33,000 nucleotides of DNA from Dicyema japonicum (Eukaryota > Animalia > Dicyemida): the NCBI GenBank assembly GCA_011109175.1, contig RDEW01000049.1, positions 83,157-116,156 on the forward strand, given 5' to 3'. Of the stretch, positions 1-9,589 are shown in pieces. The first letter of the stretch is position 1. Each line of letters starts with the position of its first letter. The notes beneath the pieces were generated by a model. That model was given only the letters and a program-made list of their open reading frames with translations, ran no database searches and was not told the origin of the DNA. The position numbers and the translations under genes are program-made.

Positions 1-133
1 ATCCACTCGGCCTCTCACTGTTTCACACAATCGATTTCCTCTGCATGGATTAATGACGGCATTTCCGTTCGGCAGTGGGAACAATGGAGACGCACATGAT
101 TTGGATGGCATGTTTGCTTGCGTGAATTGGGAT
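1..133 (+). mobile_element. Dispersed repeat, probable APE-type LINE endonuclease C-terminal remnant; second copy at 20752-20883 (-)
   Basis: 1-133 aligns at roughly 80% to the reverse complement of 20752-20883. Translation ...SASHCFTQ...SVRQW(fs)NNGDAHDLDGMFACVNWD resembles the SDH...VRxW...F..xdW region at the end of LINE APE domains. Confidence 0.5.
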
Positions 134-1690
134 CACCTAACAATTTGACATTATTTTGCCTTTCTTTCTGAGTGGTCCTGAGGCTACTAAATAATAATTA
201 ATTAACAGGACTGTAAATAAAAATAGACATTAAAAGCATTATGTAAATAAAAAGATATACTCCATCCTCATTTTCGAAAACGATAGACAGCTCAAAAATT
301 ATCTTTAACATGTTTTCCCGCGACAGTCGCGTTTAACCAAAACTCTCAAATGTGAAGGATTCAAATAGCCTGAATGTTTCTGATCACAAGTCGACAGCAA
401 TCTTCGATAAAATTCAGCTAAAAAAGCTGTCCATAGAATAGGCCACATTCCACATTTTTTTCCATGTACGTATAGATTAACCGAAAGCATCAAGTTAACG
501 AGATGAAGGATTCTCCCTGCAGTATAGTCTCATGAATTTTTAATTGTCGGCATTTTAGTGTAATCATATCTTCGATTAGTAAATTAATTATTATATTGAG
601 CGACTTTAATGGCTAGGTAATTTACCTTACAAGATAAGACCTCGAAACAATCAGTCCCACGAGATACTAGTATATTTTAACATGTGTAACGCCCCAAGCA
701 ATGTTTCAACCATTAGCGAATGGGAATATCGTTATCCCTTCGGGGCGTTGCCATCGCAAAGGAAGAAACTAGTTGTGGCCAGCAGAAAAAGTGCATTTTT
801 AATGTCAAGTTGTTACCTCGAGGACAGCCATAAATTAGCTTAAAGGATGATAACCATCGATTCAGCGTCCACAAATGAATTTGCATTAACACAAAATAAG
901 GTCAAATCGGAGCAAGGTAGTTATTCTCACTGCCTCTTTGTCAGAACGTTGCCAAATTTACCACATTGATAAACATTCAACCAAGGATTTGTTAAATAAT
1001 TTCTAGTCGTCTTGAAGCAGACCTTCTAGCATCATATTCCTCTCAAAGAACTTTTTTTAAAAACATATCTTAATGTGATTTCAGATTAATTCGGTCATTT
1101 AGATCATTATGGAAATGTCCTCCTAAACGTCCAGAGATCCTGAAATAAGAGAAGTGGTAAAGTCAGAATAAACTTATGACATCCACATTTGTTGCGAATA
1201 ATATTAAGGATGCTAATAGCATCTATAGTCATCAAATGTATATTTAAAATTACTTTAACGGTTGACCTAATTTTACTGTCAAGGAGAAATATGACCTATT
1301 TTTACATTCAAGTAAAAAAGAACATCGGAGGTTGAAAATCTTTTAGTCCTGATAAATCGATATGTAGCCAAAATCGCACAAAAAAAATATTTTGTCATTA
1401 ATTGATTACCTTATTCGATTTTTTAATATTTCACATAAAATCAATTCGAGAGAGCGAATGTTGGTCATTCGTTACTTGGAACAATATCATCTATTTGATT
1501 CTAAAGAAGGCAAAAGATTCTCTTATCATACTCAGGCTAACTACTTCATACTGCTTTGTGTTAATTTCACGTCTAATCCTCCAAAATTAGACCAATTAAA
1601 TTACCTTGCAGTACTCTTGTCTGAAAAAAAATAATTTCATTTACCCTGCAGTACTTTTGTCTAAAAAAGAATTAGCTATCATCATTCTTC

Positions 1691-1815
1691 TAAAACAAAA
1701 TCCAGGTCATCCGCATATCTTAGTTCCTAGATAAAAGTAGGACAATTTTTAGCTCTCAGATTACGAAGAGCAGCTTCTAGATAGACAACAAAAGGATTGG
1801 TTATTGTGAGTCAAC
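1691..1815 (-). mobile_element. Non-LTR retrotransposon RT remnant (YADD motif) inside duplication copy A
   Basis: Minus strand reads PFVVYLEAALRNLRAKNCPTFI*ELRYADDLDF, i.e. RT domains 4-5 with an in-frame stop; same remnant at 30001-30125 (+). Confidence 0.75.
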
Positions 1816-1888
1816 TTCTGAAGTGTCAATGTGTGTAGCCTATCTTCAGATTCACTTAAAATTTTATTTTCGCGCAAATTGACCTGTA

Positions 1889-2030
1889 ATTAAACATTAT
1901 TCAAAAGATATTAAACTTTTTGACACAATTTTTAAGTATTTTGATAAAGTTACTAAACATTAAGGCAAAGTTATTAGACATTTTTGACAAATTTATTAAA
2001 TTTTATGGTAAAATTATTAAACAAATCGGA
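1889..2030. repeat. Degenerate ~21-bp tandem array upstream of LRR-like gene A
   Basis: About 6-7 units such as attaaactttttgacacaattt, actaaacattaaggcaaagtt, attagacatttttgacaaattt, attaaattttatggtaaaatt; also present in copy B (~29780-29925). Confidence 0.55.
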
Positions 2031-2199
2031 AAACCATGTAAATTGTGTGAATTTAATTAAATTATTTTTTAATTTTATTTTTTTAATCCATCACTTTATT
2101 TAATAAAATTATAATTAATTATGACGACAGTATTTCATGTAGTAATTTTTATTTCTTGTGGTTATTGTATATTTATTATTTTGGTATTTAATCTTATAG

Positions 2200-2974
2200 A
2201 TGTTTTCTTTTCTCGTGTTAAACTTGTCATTCGATATTTTGACATCACAGAATTTATGCAAAAACGAATTAACAGTGAGTAGAACTCTGTATTAAATATA
2301 AATTAATAAGATATTGGATTAATTGTACATATTCGATAACTGGCCTACCTGAATTTTATGTAGCTGCATTAATTGTTCAAAATATTGAATTTGAACCTGA
2401 TGTCATCTTTTCATTATTGGGAATGAATTTAGATAGATTGTATTAATTATTAATTATTCATAGTCAATGTGGTTATTATGATGAAAGTTTAAAAACTGTA
2501 GACAACAAAACATTCCCACCTACCATTAAGGACATGTTACATATTTTTTTAAATTTATAGAATTTTTGATTACTGTAATTCCCTCAAATTCATATCGATC
2601 GAATTTGCGGAAAATTTATCATTACTTGAAATTATGTACATTTTTTGTAATTAATGTAGATCCTTTCCTCAAGGAATAAGTGTAATTCAAAATTTTAAAG
2701 TGGGTTCCAACTTTATTACTTTAAATGAGTATTTTTAATAATAATAATATAGTGTTATCGTTTGCATCAATTCATTCGATAATCCAGAGGCGTATGATAT
2801 TTTATTTAGTATAGATATGAAGCAAAAACTAATAGACTATTATCTATCATAGATAATAAATTGTATATGTTAGAAAATAATATATTTAGAGGAAACAGCA
2901 GGCCGACAAGTGAATATTTCAGTCTAATAATCTGCAGTGCCATTAAAAACAAGTATAATGTACTTGGAATTTGA
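2200..2974 (+). CDS. Putative secreted LRR-like glycoprotein, paralogue A (201 aa, 8 exons, 7 mini-introns)
   Basis: Exons 2200-2288, 2311-2439, 2464-2535, 2561-2635, 2660-2728, 2753-2791, 2815-2862, 2890-2974. Introns are 22,24,25,24,24,23,27 nt, all GT..AG and all phase 2. Spliced ORF: MFSFLVLNLSFDILTSQNLCKNELTVSRTLYWINCTYSITGLPEFYVAALIVQNIEFEPDVIFSLLGMNLDRFQCGYYDESLKTVDNKTFPPTIKDIIFDYCNSLKFISIEFAENLSLLEIISFPQGISVIQNFKVGSNFITLNDVIVCINSFDNPEAYEAKTNRLLSIIDNKLGNSRPTSEYFSLIICSAIKNKYNVLGI*. Splice sites are conserved in paralogue B. The LRR call comes from LxxIxFxxCxxLxxI-like motifs and is less certain than the CDS. The start may instead be the ATG at 2121. Confidence 0.88.
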
Positions 2975-3905
2975 AGAGTTCAATTAAACATTTAACTAAC
3001 TTAATCGTTCATTTTTCTGGGATATAAAATTGGTGTTAATTAATTCAAATTTATTATGATTTAATTATTATCCTGGTTGGACAACTGAATCACACAGCTA
3101 TACTTTTGTCTCTAATAAAATAATTTCACTTCAAAAGACGATTACAGAAGTAATCGACTTTGATAGGTGTTAAAGAACGGACGGTTTTCCTCAGATTTAT
3201 ACAAAACGGCGTATGCAATAACCTTATTAATCATATAAGGACTTAAACTACTTGCTTTACTCACACACGATACTCTCAATGAAGAGGAATATGTTCAAAC
3301 AGTTCTGAACGATGATGGGAGTATTGACTATATAAGGAGCATTGTCATTTTACTTCGAATACTGCAATATAAACCAAAATGGTGCCATATAATAAAATAT
3401 TTAGACTAGGAGATTTAATGCAACTCTCTTTGAAAGACTCCGAAACTGATCAAAGCACTCCATGAAGACGAGGACGTTTATATTCTCTACCCATAAAGAA
3501 CACAGTAATACAATGCACAAATTTAATAAAAATTAACCATGCCCTTTTTCTAGACCACCGATTGGATTAACCCTTATCAAATACTCCAAAACAACACCAA
3601 ACAAAACTGGATCATTCCCCACAAACTTACAGGTACAGCGACAGCTTGACTCATACCAAGTTCAACTTGAGAATGAAATGCGCACAACACCTACGCTACG
3701 AGCTCCAGCACCTCATTGAAAGTCCGTCATACACGAACCTGGATCTGCCAAATCGTAACTAAAGTGTAGTTCAGCCTGCATTTCAGCGGGGAGGTCCTCA
3801 GAGAGATATTCTTTGAGAAATTCTTTTGAATAATTAACTCCAAGTTGTTCCGTTCACTCAAATCTTTGAAATCCAGTATAAAAAAGACACTCCTTGCGGC
3901 TAGGC

Positions 3906-4136
3906 TTGACATGTGACGCCGTCATCAGTGGAGATTAAATCTGGAACTGGATAGTCAAAAAGACATACACACAAGAAAAAGAAAAAGCAAAGAAATGAAG
4001 AGCATTCCTTAGTTCTCCCTTTACGAATAGTTATAATAACTGTTCTTTTCTTTGTTGAAGTGTGTGTTCTGCACGAGCAAAACCCTAAGCATCTTACGTG
4101 CTTATGGCGACGCGGTAGTGTTAATTGTTATTATTG
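3906..4136 (+). mobile_element. SINE-like element, 5'-truncated copy
   Basis: Shares tgacgccgtcatcagtgga...cacacaagaaaaaga...cattcctt...tgttcttt with 12747-13066 (-) and 22446-22700 (+); ends in a (TAT)n-like tail; starts about 10 bp after the end of duplication copy A. Confidence 0.7.
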
Positions 4137-5731
4137 CTGCTAGTCACGAAGGAAGCTTTATTTATACATTCTACCTAACATAGTTTCACTAGTGATCGTG
4201 CAATTATTTTCCAAAGTGTCGTTAAAACAGAAGTGGCCATTTTTTATTTGAACTTTTTTAAGGTTACCAATCTTTCTAAACTTTTCTCTATTAAAATAGC
4301 AAAAACCATGTTCATACCTCAAATAATGCAAGTTTCCAAATATAAAAGGGAGAAACCTTAGGTTTAGAAAAGAATCGGCTTGTGGAAAAATAACCCTAGG
4401 GATCACTTTATTGTACCAAAATGAACCCACTAGTCCATGATGCGTATCAGATGGGGAAAATTGCAAATCATTTTAAAATACTGCTATGACAGAGAAACAT
4501 GCAAATCATCGTTCTCATAGATCGGTCAGTACCGACATTGTAGACGAACGTTGTGCTAATTCATGACATTCAAATAGATCATTTGTTGTCAACACGTAGA
4601 AATTTCAAAAGGGATAGAGGATATCGTTTGTTGGTAGAGAGAAGTGGTGCCCAGAATTATTGTTCGGTTATTATTATTACCCCAAAATCACTGGTTCGCC
4701 TTTGGGGATCAGTTTTTGTTTCTTTTTATATAATCACTCCAAGACCACGGTCAAAAATCGACACTAACTATCACGTGATCTCGATATGTTTGAATAAAGT
4801 CCTCATCTTTTCCCGATGTTCCTCTTTTGATCTCACACGTTTAATATTCTCAACGACTTGCGATCTTATTGGTAACGGAAGAGAGGAAAGGAAGAGAAAT
4901 CGTCGACCAAGTACTCAACGTGGGGATTAAAACTCACGAACAGTGTTACAGGTATATTTTACCACTAGGATATGTAATTTATTAAACAAGTCTTACAAAT
5001 ATTCATGTTGCAATTTTTCTGGTTGTTATGAAATGTCCTTAAGTGGACTGATCATATTGAGCCTACAAAGAGGTATTCCATATATTTTAAGATTCTTCTA
5101 TCTTATACACAACTAGACCTCAAATTTCTAATACAAACTTTCCAAATCACCAATGTCTGTTTGCAACTCAGGGATCTGGATTGCAAAATGTAAGCAAAAT
5201 TTTAAGGCTCGTTTTTCAAAGTTTAAAGGATTGAAATACCCACCGATGAACTATATGACATTGTTGTATCAGGAGGATCTGTTTCGTCCAACTTAGCTTA
5301 TGATTCTCTTGTAGTGAATCTGGAAATTGAAAAAAAAATGCTTTGGGACGGATTAAACGTTTTATAAACAAATTTGACAAATTCCAGATGTTCTACAGCA
5401 GCAAAAAGAGTGTTACTGGAGCGAGTTGCATATCAATAAATTTTTTCTCGATGACGTCATCGTAGTAACGAAATTGATTAAAGACTAGTCCATCATCCTT
5501 GGGAGGAATTCGCTGATCAAATCACTTTCAAGTTTTGAAAGATTTTCAGGGACATCAATATTAGTGCGACATAACAAATGATACTACTTCATCCGAGATA
5601 CGAGACCTTGTACCTTCTTCCCGCAATTACGGCATCTGGCTCGACTCGCGGTCTTTCCAGGAATAATACGTTTTTATCGATGTGAACCCACAAGGCATCA
5701 CGCTTTCGTTCAGACATTAAAAAATTATATG

Positions 5732-5985
5732 ATTTTTTTGATTTTTTTAATAATTTAAATCATTGATTTTTTTGTTGATTAAAATCAAATGATTTAAATC
5801 TAACAACTCTGACATTAATCCATGCGGATGCATCCACGACTATATGGAAAGATGATATTTTTTTGATTTTTTTAATAATTTAAATCATTGATTTTTTTGT
5901 TGATTAAAATCAAATGATTTAAATCTAACAACCCTGACATTAATCGATGCGGATGCATCCACGACTATATGGAAAGATGATATTT
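5732..5985. repeat. 125-bp direct tandem duplication containing a DNA-transposon-like terminus
   Basis: Units 5732-5856 and 5857-5981 differ at 2 nt. Each has repeated atttaaatc/gatttaaatc motifs ending in caac(c/t)ctg (reverse complement CAGGGTTG), reminiscent of hAT-type termini. Confidence 0.85.
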
Positions 5986-7410
5986 GCGAAAAACACTAAT
6001 AATAATTTTGTGTCACCAATAGTTATTATTTTAAGTGATGTCTACAAGAATTTGGTGCTCTCAAAAAAGAGAAGCCGTCTTGACTGAATAGACTGGGTTC
6101 TAAGCGAAAGGAAGACACCCAAAATTGGATTATACTATGGATCAAGTTGTATGGATTCGTCTGTACAGACAGCCTCAATTGTGTTGACAAAAAATAAAAT
6201 CGAGAAATTGAGGTCATAATTCAGGCAAGAAGACTAAATTATTATTATTGAAGATTGGTGTAGCATGGGAGTATAAATACTCTCACGCGAGAAATCCAAC
6301 GCCCTACCAATTAGCTGTGTCGGGAAACAGTAAAAGCAAAAATACAAGCTTCATGTAAAGAATGAGCATTCAATGGTCTATTTAGGAGAAGAAATAGTGG
6401 AGTATGGAAGATATCAGAGTGAGGAAGACGAAAGCTATCTAATCCCTTCTATGCACTCGAAAGCTACGTGTCAATTGGAAAACATTTCTTGAGATGATTC
6501 TTCCAAATTTTCTTAGTAAATCCGAGGGATAGTTTTTCTTGAAGGATAGAATTATATTTCAAATGGAAATACGACTATTAAATTGGCATTAAGAAAGATG
6601 TTATGCGACGAGCTATCGAGGAAGAAGATAAGCTTCTAAATTAAATCAAGTAACGTTCGAGGAGAGGGTAAATGGAATTATGATGGGAACCAAAGTTCAA
6701 CCTGGAGAAGTGCAAGTCTCATGACATGACTAATAATACTCCGACTAACTTATAAGTTCTGTTCATTTATAAACGAGTGTACGAAGGTGTCTGGAAAAAG
6801 GAGGGATCTTACCCATTGGGATGAATAGTTTCATTGCAATGCGGATAATATTGTTGAGATATTTGGCCATTTGGTCTATAGAGGGCAACAGTGGGGTTAT
6901 CAGATCCTTATATATGTATGGACTTATTGTGCCACGGTCCCTCATGAACGATCAAAAAACAATAGACAGTGATTACTGGATCCCCTTTATGGGTGTTCCA
7001 ACTTTTTTTACAAAGAGAAGGACTTGCCCCATGATCTTTTTGAATGGGAACTTCTTAAGTAATTAAAAAATACAATATCTCCCATATTCATTCTTTCATA
7101 ACTCGGAGTATGTAGAATACTGTGACTAAACCCAAATGACAGTTTGACTGAAACGTTCACCAATTCCTTGATTTCGGGATTGTTAGGTCTTCAGTGAATA
7201 TAAGTTACTTTATCTTGCATACTTTATCATATTATTGAATTGAGTCACCTTATCCGATGCAAATATTTTCCTGCCAACAGGACTCCGATTACTGACAATA
7301 ATCAAGGAAATGATCAATCTCATTTTCAAACTTACGAGATAACATGCCATTTTAGGTAAATTTATGCTGGTTCTGTATTGACTTGTGTGTTTTAGTTGAT
7401 TAGTTATTTA

Positions 7411-7460
7411 GGCGTTATCAATTAGGAGAGCAGCCAACAGTTTCTAACTGTTAGTTTTTG
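7411..7460 (+). repeat. TIR-like ~50-bp repeat, inverted partner at 9098-9147
   Basis: ggcgttatcaattaggagagcagccaacagtttctaactgttagttttt vs reverse complement tgcgttctcaactatgagagcagccgtagttgttaactgttagtttttt; no target-site duplication seen. Confidence 0.6.
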
Positions 7461-7721
7461 TGCTTTAATAAATTGTTTTTTGGTTATTTAGTTACTTGCT
7501 AACAATTCATTAAAAGACGTAAAGTAAACATAACATGGAATTTTTTGAATTTTGTTTCAAAAAGATTGTACGCCAACCAAAATTAACGTAAAATTTTTAT
7601 AAAATTATTCTAAACATTGTTTTTTAAATAAACAATTTTCAATTTGTTTATAACGAGTAAATTAACTAATTAAGTGGAATGTCCTCACGGCATGCCAGTT
7701 ATACAAGTTGGGAGGTAGCAG

Positions 7722-8290
7722 AGGCCTACTCTTCATCGTATATCTTCAACCCATGCTTAAATTCAATGAGCATACTTTCGAGCGTTCTCTTCAGAACAAC
7801 CGATAGGATGTAAGTCCTCGTTGATTCTTCAATAGATAATTTATCCATATGATTCTTGAAGCATCTTGTGAAACTCTATCCCATGTCAAAACCACTGGGA
7901 AAATCTTCACTCGGCATTCATAGAGCAGCGAAAGTTCATTTGCAAGCAAGTCATATTTGTGAAGTTTCTCAACTTCAACTTGCTTTAGTCGGTCATGTGA
8001 GGTAATGCCCACTTCAATTAAGGTTACTTTCTTCTTTGTTTTGTCGTACACAAAAATATCAGGTTTATTGTATCGGGCTTTTGTTTTTGTCATAATCGAC
8101 GTGTCAAATCTGATTTCGACATTTTGATTCGTCAATATTGACTGAACCGAATGTCCTTTCAATTTCCTGCTTCTTTTGAGTCCATAAATTCGATAAAGTT
8201 GAAGATGGATGCAATTTACCACTTCATTGTGTCATCGGAGCATTTCACCAAACTGAGTGCCCAAATGATCAGCAGTTTTCTATCTTTTTT
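7722..8290 (-). mobile_element. RLE-type non-LTR retrotransposon 3' fragment (Zn-knuckle remnant plus restriction-like endonuclease)
   Basis: KTADHLGTQ..HNEVVNCIH...KPDIFVYDKTKKKVTLIEVGIT...EKLHKYDLLANEL matches the RHN / PD-(D/E)xK / KxxKY signature; frameshifted near the end. Confidence 0.9.
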
Positions 8291-8296
8291 TACCAA

Positions 8297-8990
8297 TGGT
8301 GTCCCACAAGGTTGCCCTTTATTACCCGCCTTATTTAACTTACACATGTCCGATTTACCACAACTCGATAATAAAGACGATTTCCTCCTATCAAATGTTA
8401 ATGACCAATTAATCGGATCCCGCGATCAAGATCTCCTAAAGGCATCAGAAAGACTACAAGAATACCTTCACAAGATTCAAATTTGGTTAAATTATAATCT
8501 ACTTGATATATCTACTGAAAAATCTTCTTCGTCCTTATTTACCTCTGACAAACGACTTTCATCTCACGTCGACGGCATCTCTGGTAGCTGCTCAAGAAAG
8601 CTAGGGAAAATCAAAACTATTTTTGATAATCAATCTAAATTGTTGTATAAGCAATTTGTTGAGCCATCTGTCAGCTATGCCAGTGCGTCATGGGGGATCA
8701 ATCTGTCCTGGACAAACAAACAAAGAATCCTTGGACAATCAGGCCAAAACAACCACTACTATCAGTAATCTCGAGAAACTAGAAAAACTAATACCCTCAT
8801 AACTTAAAGACTTTATCCGACAAACTGGAAAGTGATTTGCTTCTCTGTCAGGCAGTGCAGCTCTCAACAATACACAGTCACAACGTGTCTTATGAGAAAG
8901 GTATTCATCACCCCTCTCTAATTCCTATTCCCCAAACCACTCAGCCCACAGAGAAGTTGTGTTGGATCCCAGAAGGCGCAGGAGGAGAAA
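8297..8990 (+). mobile_element. APE-type LINE reverse transcriptase remnant (domains 4-7 and thumb, internally deleted)
   Basis: NGVPQGCPLLPALFNLHMSDLP is RT domain 4; the YADD motif is eroded to KDD; LYKQFVEPSVSYASASW is the thumb motif. Confidence 0.85.
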
Positions 8991-9097
8991 ATGAGAAATT
9001 TGATAGAGGCCTTCGAGATCACTGAATTAATTTAGTAATTAAATTAACTATTGCTGTTCTTGAGTTAATAATAATAAGTCAATATGATTTTTTGAGT

Positions 9098-9147
9098 GAA
9101 AAAACTAACAGTTAACAACTACGGCTGCTCTCATAGTTGAGAACGCA
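9098..9147 (-). repeat. TIR-like repeat, inverted partner of 7411-7460
   Basis: The reverse complement matches 7411-7460, including the gagagcagcc and taactgttagttttt cores. Confidence 0.6.
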
Positions 9148-9589
9148 TTTCCCTGACGATTTGCAAGGAAATGCTGTCAATGAGCCCTCTTCTCTTATCA
9201 TTTTTCTTTGCAAATCATGTTGATTTAAATTTGTATTTTTTGCGTTTAACCTCCATAATTAAAATTAAAAAAGGAAAGAGAGTAAACGGTTATATAGCGA
9301 CTGCCCTGACTGCGTGGCTATTCCCTCTCAGGATAGCGAGCCAGATTCGCTCAAATAACCAGCAGCGCTCACGCGTTTAACTGTAAACAAAATTTCAAAT
9401 ATACTTAATCTGAGCTTTAAATTATTTTCAAAAATAACCAACCTAAGAAATTATTTTAGGACAATTAATATGGAAATTAACAAAAACTACTAAATTTAAC
9501 TCGATGAATTGAGTGTATAACTTTGATAATGGCCGGATTGAGGATCCTTTAAATTTTGGGGCAAGCACCTTCACTAGTTAAGCTCTCGT

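Larger units (their letters stand above)
669..3894 (+). repeat. Inverted segmental duplication, copy A (~3.2 kb)
   Basis: Colinear with the reverse complement of 27914-31123 from agtat(a/t)ttttaacatgtg (669/31123) to aagacactcct (3894/27914). About 90% identical by eye with small indels; ORF pair 1392-1634 / 30179-30421 lies inside. Confidence 0.97.

Noticed and set aside
1392-1634. 80-aa ORF conserved with 30179-30421
   Set aside because: The conservation is explained by the segmental duplication; copy A starts at TTG; differences show no evident synonymous bias; no recognisable domain.
4158-4930. ORFs 4158-4466 (-) and 4553-4930 (+)
   Set aside because: Non-ATG starts, no recognisable motifs, and no consistent mini-intron model found.
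5732-5985. CRISPR-like or functional repeat arrays (also 13192-13423, 24340-24405)
   Set aside because: Only two units each, no unique spacers, no cas genes, eukaryotic context.
6050-6700. Possible additional RLE retrotransposon relic (EYKY, KSEG*FFLKDRIIF)
   Set aside because: Motifs too eroded to support a call without a profile search.
8151-8768. 205-aa ORF as a real gene
   Set aside because: Chimeric: its first ~48 codons are the antisense of an RLE retrotransposon fragment and the rest is a decayed RT lacking YADD.
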